This document shows, in pieces, positions 24,899 through 36,650 of a stretch of DNA of 64,000 nt. The notes beneath the pieces were generated by a model. That model saw only the letters and a list, made by a program, of their open reading frames with translations. It did no database searches and was not told the origin of the DNA. The stretch is from Octopus bimaculoides (lineage: Eukaryota). The translations under genes were made by a program, and so were the position numbers. Position 1 is the stretch's first letter; each line of letters begins with the position of its first letter. The stretch lies in assembly GCF_001194135.2 (NCBI RefSeq), contig NC_068991.1, positions 77,432,881 through 77,496,880 on the forward strand, in the 5' to 3' direction.

Positions 24899-24899
<1 letters not shown>

Positions 24900-25815
24900 A
24901 TTATTCACCTATCAAGGAACATTCTTTCCCGCATAATCTGAAAGGCAGCAGAGAGGCAACCTCTATTTTTTTCTCTTGCTACCCATTGTTTGTTGGAAAA
25001 GGATCTACTGAAAATGAGAATTCAGAGAAATATTTATATTCTGGTTTTTGTTGGTTTTTCTTTTTTTTCCTTCCATTTTGATGTTTGCTGACAATTCTGG
25101 ATAATGTAAAAGTTCTGATAGGAGGAGGAGGAACAAAAAGAAATATCCCCATGTGTCCAAGTAATGATTGTTTTTCGAACATCTCTTAATCAGCATGTTT
25201 GTTGAGAAAGCATTATTTGTTTTTCGGTATCGTTAACCTTTACCTCTTTAGTACACAACATAGTCACTCTGGTCAGCACTGATTCATTCATTCAAAGCTT
25301 TCGTTGGCTTATCCTTTGTTTGCTACAATCTTCTACCAAATTCTATTGATTTTAAATCACAGATTTTAATCAACCGTTTTAGCAATGCTTGTGTTTTCTC
25401 ATTTGGAAACAAAATCTAATGCTTTTAATTCCCTCCCACTTATTTCTTTTTATTTCATGTTTTATTTTTATTCCCATTTAAAAAAAATTTTTTTAGTCTT
25501 ACCTGTCACTACAGCATTTAATTACTAGTGGAGATATAATAATATCGGGTTTCAGCCATTTGCAAATTGAGTAATTATATCCTTGATATCTGGTGCTACA
25601 CTTACATATGTGTAAAGAGATATTTGGCTTGAGTAGTGGAACTTAGTTCAGTATTTTCATTAAAATCCAATTCAGACATTCGTTAAAATGAAGTATAATA
25701 ACATTATTATTTCTTGATTGAGTATTAAGCTTACTAATTAATGTATTCAATGTCATATTAATTGATCCATTGCATATTAGAGTGAATGTAGATTAACTGG
25801 TCAGTGGATATATAG

Positions 25816-25846
<31 letters not shown>

Positions 25847-26916
25847 TGTATGTATGTATGCATGTGTGTATGTATATGTATATGTATGTATATATATGCA
25901 TGTATATATATGTATATATATATGTATAATGTATATATATATATATGTGCATGCATATATATGTATATATATGTATATATGTATATATATATATATATAT
26001 GTGCATATATATACATATATATATATATATGTATGTATANNNNNNNNNNNNNNNNNNNNNNNNNNNNNNNNNNNNNNNNNNNNNNNNNNNNNNNNNNNNN
26101 NNNNNNNNNNNNNNNNNNNNNNNNNNNNNNNNNNNNNNNNNNNNNNNNNNNNNNNNNNNNNNNNNNNNNNNNNNNNNNNNNNNNNNNNNNNNNNNNNNNN
26201 NNNNNNNNNNNNNNNNNNNNNNNNNNNNNNNNNNNNNNNNNNNNNNNNNNNNNNNNNNNNNNNNNNNNNNNNNNNNNNNNNNNNNNNNNNNNNNNNNNNN
26301 NNNNNNNNNNNNNNNNNNNNNNNNNNNNNNNNNNNNNNNNNNNNNNNNNNNNNNNNNNNNNNNNNNNNNNNNNNNTATATATATATATATGTATATATAT
26401 ACACTTACATACATACATACATACATACATACATGCATACATTCACTTGTGCAAGTTCTCAAATAATCCCATTGATAACTTTATCCTTGCATAAATAAAT
26501 GATGAGAATTGAAATATATCAGGGATCAGCAGGTTCTGTGCCATTAGTGTCAGTGAAGTGGAATCACCAAACACCAAACACCTATCAAACAACAGTTCCT
26601 TTGTGTGTCAATACTACTGCCACGACTACACATTGGCAATGACTCACTCCCTGATACACTTAGACATCATCTGATTCACAGGTGTGCTGTATCCTCACTC
26701 CCCCTATCCTATCACTGCTACAATGACTTCAGCCCCTCTAAACTAGCTTGTTGAATACTTCCTGTGTCCAACCCCATCAGATACACATGCCACCCCCTTT
26801 TCCTATCATAAATCTTTGATTGACCCAATGTGTTGCTCAGTGAAATCAAACCCAGATCCACAGGATTGCAAAATGAACTTTTCAGCCACATGACCATACT
26901 GGGATGTATATACATG

Positions 26917-26973
<57 letters not shown>

Positions 26974-27002
26974 CTATTTTTTAATCACTACAATTGTTTT
27001 CA

Positions 27003-27176
27003 AATGAGTGAAACTGCAGTAGAGGGGAAGGTAGCATTATGCTAGGTGATGGGAGGGTTAAAGTATGAGAGAAGGGCCCCAGAACAGAATAGGCTTCTTC
27101 CTGTAAAGGAACTCCATGGTTACTCACAATATAGAAGAGGGAGTGGGAGTGAGCAGGGTGGACCCAGAAAGAAAGA
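27003..27176 (+). repeat. Copy of 29851-30024 (174 bp, one mismatch) flanked by a 33-bp direct repeat
   Basis: Base-by-base comparison shows one difference (27123 c versus a). acatctattttttaatcactacaattgttttca occurs at 26970-27002 and 27191-27223. Confidence 0.9.
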
Positions 27177-27304
27177 AGGGGTATGGTTTGACATCTATTT
27201 TTTAATCACTACAATTGTTTTCATGCAATGTAGCTTTCCAGATGTGCAGGTACTTGATTGTGAAACTGTTTCCCTGCACTCTTAGCAGAATATACCATAA
27301 CTAT

Positions 27305-27630
27305 ATATCATCATCATCATTTAGTGTCTATTAAACATGCTGGCATGGGTCGGATGGTTTGACTGGGCTGGCACACTGGAAGGCTGCACCATAATGCCAA
27401 AGGTCTTGGTCATTGCCTCTGTAAGGCCCAACACTTGAGAGGAGCTCAGCCACTTTTCCCCCATGAGGCCCAATGCTCGACAGGAACTTGGCCACCTTGC
27501 CTCTGTGAGGCCCATTTGAAAGGAACTCAGCCATCTCACCTCTGTAAGGCCCAACACTCGAAAGGAACTCAGCCACTTTGCCTCCATGAGGCCCAATGCT
27601 CAAAAGGAACTCAGCCACCTCACCTCTGTT
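27305..27630 (-). mobile_element. RTE LINE 3' end with a tandemly amplified C-terminal coding unit (42/39 bp)
   Basis: catcatcatcatt...catgctggcatgggtcggatggtttgac is the RTE 3' UTR. The adjacent LGLTEAMT motif is repeated, with ggccc anchors at 27425, 27467, 27509, 27548 and 27590. Confidence 0.8.
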
Positions 27631-28544
27631 ACACCACACTAGTCTCAGCTCAAAAGCTGTAGCCATGCTGGGCACTGCCATCTGCTGGGGAATTGCTGTT
27701 ATATATGTACACACGCAGAGTGTGCTGAACAGTGCAGTGCATTACCAAATGGTTTAGACGCAGTGAATAAGTTCCACATTCCACTTCTGTGCCTGCATTT
27801 TTGTCAAAAATGCTGATAAAGTGAATCAGTTGCATCTCTTGAGTAACAGGACCTTTAGGATCATGTAGGTTATCATGAGTCAAGAGCCAAGAATTATTTT
27901 GTATAGTTCAAATAGATATAATACTGGCAATTCTGTGGATTTCTAATCCTTGAAAAAATCTTTCTTAAAGTAATGTAAAAGTTTGACAGGCGGTTTTTCT
28001 GGGTTTTTTTTTAATTATTTAATTTCTGTATATGTTTTAAAAGATATGTTTGACAAGTTCTACAAAGCATTTGGGTGAAGGATCTGCTTCAAGAGTCAAC
28101 CAGAGTTGAAATAATTGAGCAAAGAAATTCTGGAGTTTAGTGAATTGAGAGCAGCATGTGAAAATAATCACAGGATATACACAATGTAAGAAAGACGGAG
28201 TATAAAGAGTAAAGCACTGAAAACTAAGAAAATCATGTTTTTTAAATACATTTTTTGGAAAGTGATGATAGCCAGCAGCAAAAGTGAACATTTACTACTT
28301 TTCACCAGAGCATTCGGTTTAAACAACAAAACTCTCACACCACCTGGAATAGCTGGACATCAAGATTGACATTTGAGTGCTCTACAACTCTTCTTTCTCA
28401 AGATCAGCTCATATTCTTAGAAAGGCATTTTCTGTTTTCAACCTTTTGTGAAGGTTTCACAGTCAGCATGAAGGAAAAAAACCCCCAGAAAACTAGTATT
28501 TTATAAGCACACTGCAATAAATTGAAAATAACAATGGTTTTTGA

Positions 28545-28715
28545 TTTAGGCACAAAACCAGCAGTTTTGAAGTATGGGGTTAGTCGATACTATCAGCTCC
28601 AGTATGTGACTGGGTACATTACGGACTATGGAGGGATGAAGGGCAAACCTGACTTCAATGAGAAGTGAACTCGGAATGCAAAGAGCTGAGAAAAATACTA
28701 CAAGGCACTTGTATT
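28545..28715 (-). mobile_element. SINE family B, degenerate
   Basis: tttaggcacaaaacc...gggttagtcgatactatc...gggatgaagggcaaacctgacttc...tgaactcgga. Confidence 0.6.
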
Positions 28716-28818
28716 TTTCTGACACTCTCATGATTCTGTCAGCTTGTAGCTTTTGTGCTGCTGCTGCTGCTACTACTACTATTACAACTGATGATGATGC
28801 TGACCACGATGAATAATG

Positions 28819-28866
<48 letters not shown>

Positions 28867-30833
28867 TAATAATAATAGCATCGAAAAATACCTTAGGAAT
28901 GAGAACCCAGTGTTTAAGAGCATGGGCTACTAACCCCAAGATTCCGAGTTTGATTCCAATGTAAATCAAAGCAAAACTTATCATGGAATGGTTTGTATTC
29001 TTTCCGAGCTAACATTTTGCAGCCTGCTGCAATATGATCAATATTTCCCACTTGCTAATTACATGAGTAGCACTTGTTGCATTGAAGCAAGTGGAACACA
29101 CACCTTTACTCACTCAACTACTGTTCTTATGACATACACCTATTCTTTTTATTTTCTCACTCGTTTCAGCTATTGGAGTGCAGCTTTGTACTCCATTGAT
29201 TTGCTTAGCCAAACCAGTGTCCAAGCCCAGTCACTTAACCAACTAAGCCAAGCACGGGCAGCCCTTTACAACAAGTGGACTGCATAAGATATTGCTCATC
29301 GTCAGCTGGGCTGCAATACTTCATATACTCAAGGTGGCTTTTTGTTGATTATATCATTCAGAACATCCTGCAGGCCACATGTTGCCCATGAATGGACTAA
29401 ACCCTTATGGGTTCAGTCTATCAAACTAATTAGCATGAGATGCCAAGTGGTGAGAGAAAAACGCAAAGACATGCATGAATACACAGACTCACATGATAGG
29501 CTTCAATACAGTTTCCATCTACCTAATTCACTCACAAGTCTTTGATTGACCCAGGACTAGTAGAAGACACTTATGCAAGGTGTTGTACTGTCGGACTGAC
29601 CTCAAAACCACTTGAATGGGAATCAGACTTCTTAACTGCAGAGCCATGCCTACACCTATATTCTGCAGACCCACTCAAACTCTTCTGATATAATTTACAA
29701 TGGTACTCCAACGTCTGGTTTCACATGTTATCTACAACTGAATGTGCTACCTAATATCAACCAATTTACACCATGTCCTGAATGCTTTATCCATGCTACT
29801 AACACTGGTGAGGTTGCCATGCAACTTGAAAGGTTAAAAAGATCCCTTCAAATGAGTGAAACTGCAGTAGAGGGGAAGGTAGCATTATGCTAGGTGATGG
29901 GAGGGTTAAAGTATGAGAGAAGGGCCCCAGAACAGAATAGGCTTCTTCCTGTAAAGGAACTCCATGGTTAATCACAATATAGAAGAGGGAGTGGGAGTGA
30001 GCAGGGTGGACCCAGAAAGAAAGAGGGGGAAGAGAGAGAGAGAGATATGTTGAAGTGTGTTGGTCAGTGCTGAAGGTATGAGGTGATGAGAAGTGAGTGA
30101 GAACCAGAAAATGTTTAGTTGATATTTTGGTCCAGAAGAAGGAATATAGATGAGGTACATGGAAAGAAGTTCTTAAAATATGAAAGCCTTAGGGAGACAT
30201 GTTAGGCAGGAGAATGGCCAAAGGATTCCGAAAATGTTACATCATAGAGTCATGTGAGAGAAGAAGCAATGCCATAGTGATTGCCCAACATGTAGTAAAA
30301 TAATGTAGTTGCTGCATGGTTTGAGTGATCACATGTATCCCTGGTTTGGTGTGATGGTTTGCATAGATAACACAGGGGCAGGGAAAGAGCCACTGGGTTA
30401 TATGGAAGTTACTCTCTGATACTGGGTGGAACGATACTCTTTGAATGTTATCAAAATTGTCGAATCTCCACTTGACAACTGATGAAGGAAATGTCACACA
30501 ATGCGAACTCTGTAGGTAAGAAACCGATACATCGATGTGGAAGTGTAAGTGTGTATGGGTGTGTATGTGCGTGCATGCACACACACACACATTATATATA
30601 GATATATATATCCACACATGTTCATACATACACACTCATAGATATAAACACATATGTTTATGTCTCAATGTGTGAGTTTACACACACACATGCACACATA
30701 CACACATACATACACACATACATACATACACACACACATACATACATACATAGATGCAAGTATACATAACTGCATACAAACATACGTATGCATGTATGTA
30801 CGTATATACGTACGTAACAATGATACATATTAC

Positions 30834-30979
30834 CTGCAGCTTTGTTCATTGATAGATCTAGAGGAGAGGATCGATAATACATTTGGTGCTGCATTCTCCT
30901 TAGATTTAAATGCATTAGATAAAATTGCAAAGTTCAAGTTCCTTGAACAGTTGTCAGTAGATATCAGTGAACAACTTCC
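30834..30979 (-). CDS. Possible internal coding exon of an unidentified gene (weak)
   Basis: Acceptor ctataacatttgtctatcag, donor cag|gtaata, one open frame GSCSLISTDNCSRNLNFAILSNAFKSKENAAPNVLSILSSRSINEQSC. It is a non-repetitive island next to microsatellites. I recognise no homology. Confidence 0.2.
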
Positions 30980-33900
30980 CTGATAGACAAATGTTATAGG
31001 ATGCCCTTTAAGCTTTTTAAGCCATATCATCTTCCTCTTCTTCCATTTATCTGACACTACTCAAACATAATTTTAAAAATTTGTTTTAATATCCATTTTC
31101 CTTGACAACAAGGCAGAGATAGCTTTTGTGCTCCATTTTGTAAATTTAGTTATTCACATGAAAATATTGTTGGTCAGACTCGGTCCAGCTGGTCTGTGAT
31201 CAAAGACGTTCCAGCTGAGACCATCCTGTCTTTTATCCATATGTCTTGTATCTAGAGCTACACTACCCAACATAACCTAACTCTTTTGTGATGGTAAAGT
31301 GGTATTCGAAGGCGATTCCGTAGTTATTTCTAGCAGCTTGAGTGATAATACCGAACTTCTCTCATTAGCTCATTTTTCAGATAAATAGTTTTTAATGGTA
31401 CAAACCCATACAACTGCTAACCACTCAGCTATTTAATTGGGGAGGAGACAAAGTGAACTGGGCAAAATTGAGAGACTTCTTGTAAGATTTGAAGTCTTGC
31501 TTTTGTATTCATTTAAAATATAACTTGACCTCGTCACCATTGTACCTTACTGAATTAGAAATTCATTTCATCATATTAGCAAAAAAAGGCCACAAATTTG
31601 TAGGGAAGAATTATTGTTGATTGAATGGGTTCCATTATACTTCTAGTAGATATTTTATTGACCTGATGCATGAGAAAATTAAACTCAATGTGATGTAATT
31701 GTCACAAGTCCAAGAGAGATGACAGCTCCTATTAATGTTAGCATCATCTTAAAGTTAATGCAAACCCCAACCTTACATAAGTTATTTTTGTTTTGTTACG
31801 CAGAGTGCTTCTTTCCAGGTGTTTGTTGAGATATGCTACTCCAGCAATTCTGGAGGTCATTGACACAGCAGGTCATTCGGGTGGGAGTATTTCTAGTTCT
31901 CTTCCAATTTAAGCATTTGCTTGTTCATTTATATTTTGGCTATTGTTTAGCTTATGCTGTCTGGTTGATAGTATTTGGCACTCAAAGAACATCTGAGCAG
32001 TGCTTTTATGTCTCTTTTTGTTTCTTTCCTTCATAGATAGAGTTTGTCAATATCACTTCCGGCTTGTGGGTTTCAAATACCTATGAAACAGGTATCCCTT
32101 TTAAACCAGTCGACTATCCCAAATGTCTGTTACTGCAATGATACGAAATGCATTCTGTGAGGGGAAGGGTCTGACTGCTATATTTTTGTGAAGTTTCAGT
32201 TCCCCTGTTTTTCTTCATATCTCCTTCATATGATATTTTTGCCATTCTTTAGATATTTGTGGTATTTATCTGGAACAGGTGAGGTGGGGATACCATTGAT
32301 ATAAAGGTTTGGAGGAACAGTTTTAGTGTATTCATTTATCAAATATGGATATTTCCTTCAGCCAAATTTCATTCCAATATTAGCTGAAAAAAAAATGTTA
32401 CCAAATCTAGTTGTTTCTCAGCATTGGGAATGTTTCTAATGTAGATATCTAGATCATTCACAAAAAGATAATGGATTACATTGGTGTCACATAACCATTG
32501 AATTTTTGTGAAAAAAAGTGCCAAGGATTTAATACCAAAATATACAAGAGCAAAAAATTGTCCCTTTGGAATATTCCTATTGAAATATTCATTGATAACA
32601 TCAAAAACAATCATTCCCCTTCAGTTCCCAGAGTGAGGATTGTTGACTGGGGTATTAGTGACCTTTTGAATAGCAGCAACTAGAACGGTAGGCACATATG
32701 TTAAATTCTGTGACACTAGTAATCACAGTTGCGGACCAGAATCAGATACCTGTCTGTAATTAAGTCATATATCTTTACTATATATCTGTTGTGTTCGCTT
32801 ACATCAAACAGCACATCTTTATTTAGTAAAAGTTGTTTGGCCCATCCCCCCCCCTCTCTCTTCTTTCCACCTACCTGCCCTCGGTCGTTAACCTGTTGGA
32901 CTTCTTGGAGCAATTGCTTGAAACAGCTTCAGTGAAGTTTATGCATAATTGTTAAGCAAAAGTCAGTGTTTTCATTCTTAGCTACAAAATTTGCCCATGC
33001 TGTAGCAAACCAATTTACTATATCAGTCTTGCCTGCCATAGTTCTTTAAAATATACATTCCAGTGATTTTCTGTAGAATGCCAATATATATGTATATATA
33101 TATATATATAAATATATATATATACACATGTGTGCACACGTATGCTTGTGTGTGAATGTATATCATAGGTATGTGGGTGTCTACACTCTACCGGTATCAG
33201 AGGCAGTATAGGTGGAAGAATGAAGTTTTATATTCTCTTCTTTCAATGCAGTTGCCCCATCACTGTGTCTACTACCACCATCCTCCTGTTGGACTTCCTT
33301 TATGACTAAGAAGTGCTAAGTAAAGGTATATATATATATATCATCATCATCATCATCATTGTTTAACGTCCGCTTTCCATGCTAGCATGGGTTATATATA
33401 TANNNNNNNNNNNNNNNNNNNNNNNNNNNNNNNNNNNNNNNNNNNNNNNNNNNNNNNNNNNNNNNNNNNNNNNNNNNNNNNNNNNNNNNNNNNTATATAC
33501 ACATATATATATAGTGTATGACGTTGATTCTACTCTGACGACTATGAGTTGTGTATGGTATTAATATCAGAATTATTATAATATACACCGCACCTATTCC
33601 TTATCCACTATCATTGCTTTGCAACTGGATAGCGTTTGGATGGGTTTATTAATAGCATGGAGGGCTGTAGCATGTATGGAAAAACACCCACTCAACTGAT
33701 CTACGTGAACAGGTGTGATTCCCGTCTACATTTTAATATGCTGGTTATTATTAAATTACACACAATTTCTGTGAGGTTATGCAGCTAGACTACTGGCGAC
33801 ATGGTCATAAGTTTAAATCTTATTATAGCCATTGCAGTGTGTTCCAGAGCAAAACAGCATAACTTTCCTTACTTTAGTTTGAATTACTGATAAAAATGAG

Positions 33901-35004
33901 GTTTCAGTACTTCACAGTTGAGTGATTAGCAATAGGAAGGGCATCCAGCTGTAAAAGCAATTGCCATAATAACAAACTATCAGCATCCTTTCTGTACAAT
34001 TATAGAAAATACATGGCAAAGCGAATATGTATATCTACGTATCATCATCCTTATGTTTAGGTGTGATATTTTCATACTTTCTTGTGTTGCATAGAGCTTC
34101 TCTCCAGCATATTTCCTAACCACATGATTCAGCTTTGGTTCATTCATGAGACTCAGCATTTCACATTCCAGCCTCAACTCTTCTTCCCATAACTTCTTTT
34201 TACAAGCCAAGGAAGGAGCCTCTATGCAGGTTACTTAATCTGCTAGAAATAGAAGTTAGATCTCCATTAAAGGAAACTCTATCAACTTAAAAAAAGGACC
34301 TACTGGATAACATAGCCTTGGGGGTACAATTCCCTAAAATATCCCCCAAAATAGGTTGTTCATGACTTCAAGGCCCTTAATTATATACTTGCTCTGTTAG
34401 GCCTTATCTGGGGCTAAACTTACAAGTTCTTTGTGCTTAGTACATTTTTTTCACCCAATGCTCATCAGCAATTTGATTCACATACCAGTTACAGTCTAGG
34501 ATGATATTGTAAAAGTTAAAGAGACTGCCACTCCTCAGCTTCCATCTAGATGATAATTGTATCTCTTATGATATCAACCTGCCTAATATCATTTCAGTTG
34601 TCAGATACAAAACTCTCATTTTAAGTGTTCATATTTAAATCGAAACCTTCTGTTGCAGTTTTATAGAAATAGCCTTTTGTTAAGTTGTAACCTAAACACC
34701 AGCTTCATAATGCTAAAGTAAATTTTGGTTAAATCCTTCCAAATAATTGATTGTAGTACAGAGAAACATACATACATGCATGCATCATTTTGATCCACTT
34801 TCCATTCTGGTGTGAGTTGGATAATTCAACAGCATCCAAGAAGCCAGAAGACCATATAACGCTTCCAATGTCTTGACATGCTCTTCCTAACACCAACCGT
34901 TTTGCAGAATGTGCAAGGTGCTCTTTTTCATTGCATTAGAAAGGTCACCTTGCAGCTTACAAGACTGAGGAGCCCTAAGAGTGTCTCCACAAGTGAAAAA
35001 TAGA

Positions 35005-35067
<63 letters not shown>

Positions 35068-35488
35068 CATGATGATTTCAGGCAAAGAGATGAGAAAAGG
35101 TAAGAGAAGATGAGGAACAGATTTATTGATGTGGGAGAGTAAGTGGCAAAGGAAGTAACAAAAGTGATACTGTTGGTGGAGGGATTATGGAAGGAACAGG
35201 GGGAAGGGGAATGATCTGTGTCAAGGGTTAGTGAAAGGGGCGGAGGTGGGGGTGGGGGTCAGGACAGAGTAGCAAAGGAGACAAAATGGGTTGTGTTGGA
35301 GTATCCTGTGATATTCTGCTTTGCAAGGACAAATATGGACAGAAGATGTGAGGAGTTCAAATGTTACACAAATATATACCATACACATGTGTGTAATATA
35401 TTTTCATGTAACACTTATACATGGTATATAATACCAATTTGTCTTATGCATTGCATGCACGCATACATGCATGCATATACATACATAC

Positions 35489-35534
<46 letters not shown>

Positions 35535-36454
35535 ATATACATATACTCTAGGTGTGTGTGTATTTATAGAGAGCCTTAAAAATAATGCTTAAATCAATGT
35601 TGTGTGTAGAATTTGGCAAGAAGTAGAAAAACAATAAAGACAAAAAGGTTGTCAAAAAACAAAATAGCAGCATTTCCCTGAGCCTCACCAATCCTCCATG
35701 GCCACCACCAATCTCATTTTTTTTTTTTTTTGAATAAGAAGTAACAATAAAAGACAACTGTTGTAATCTTACTGTCTCTATGGTTACTGCAAGTTTCCAT
35801 CTATGAGCAAAATTGTCTGTTCTAAGTTCTAGAAGTCAGGATTTGAATTTGGCAGAGGGAGGATGGAGAAGGAAGAAGAAGCACAAATATGTTTGGTGTA
35901 GTTTATTACAAATGTTGCTGTTACTGTTGTTGTCATCCATTTCTTTTCTTGTTTTTTTTCTTTCTCCCCATTTTTTTTTTGTCATGGTTTTTTTTCTTCT
36001 TTATATATCTATTTAATCCAGTGCAAAAATTTCTTCAACTTTGGAATATTATTTTTCATGTATCTTCAATTTCGGTCCTGTTGCAGATGGTAGGAGTGTT
36101 GTATGTTTTGCTTCTTTGGTTCTTTTTTTTTTTCTTCCTCTTCTTACTTTTTTTCCGATAAACATTATGATTTTGGATTTTGCTTTTGTTATTCCTGATG
36201 ATGATGATGTTGTTGTTGGTGGTGTTGGTGTTGGTGTTGGTAGAGATTAATGGTGGTGCTATCATTATTCTCTCTGAATTCTCAAGGATTATTTGTTAAC
36301 ATTGCCACCTCTGTTGCTTACCTTTTCTTTTCCTTCTCATCATTGAAGTGAGAATGGAGAAGCAACAGAAATATTTACGTAGGAATAATCAGTCTTCCCT
36401 GTTTCTTTTTCTTGTAAATTTCATCTTCCTTTTAGCAGTGGAGTTGTAATAATA

Positions 36455-36650
36455 GTTCCTAATACAGGCTCAAGGCCAGGATTTTGGAAGTGAGATGAAG
36501 GTGGAGGTGGAGGTGGAGGTAGTTGATTATGATGACCCCGGTACCTAATTGGCACTTTATTTTATCAATCCCAGGAGGATGAAGAGCAAAGTTGACTTTG
36601 GTAGGTTTTGAACCTTGGGCTTAAAGTACCAGCACATATACAGTGAGGCA
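36455..36650 (-). mobile_element. SINE family B, degenerate
   Basis: ggcactttattttatcaatcccaggaggatgaagagcaaagttgactttggtaggttttgaac. Confidence 0.65.

Noticed and set aside
31840-31912. ILEVIDTAG, resembling the small-GTPase G3 motif LDTAG
   Set aside because: It is followed by HSGGSISSSLPI* rather than QE. There is no G1 or G4 motif and the frame closes quickly.
32620-32683. PRVRIVDWGIS, resembling kinase subdomain VII (IDWG/DFG)
   Set aside because: There is no HRD-type motif upstream, and an in-frame stop occurs before the candidate donor. It is treated as coincidence.
33980-34210. Charged 76-aa ORF (KKKLWEEELRLECEML...)
   Set aside because: I recognise no domain and found no splice support. 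The DNA loosely resembles a decayed RTE 3' end.
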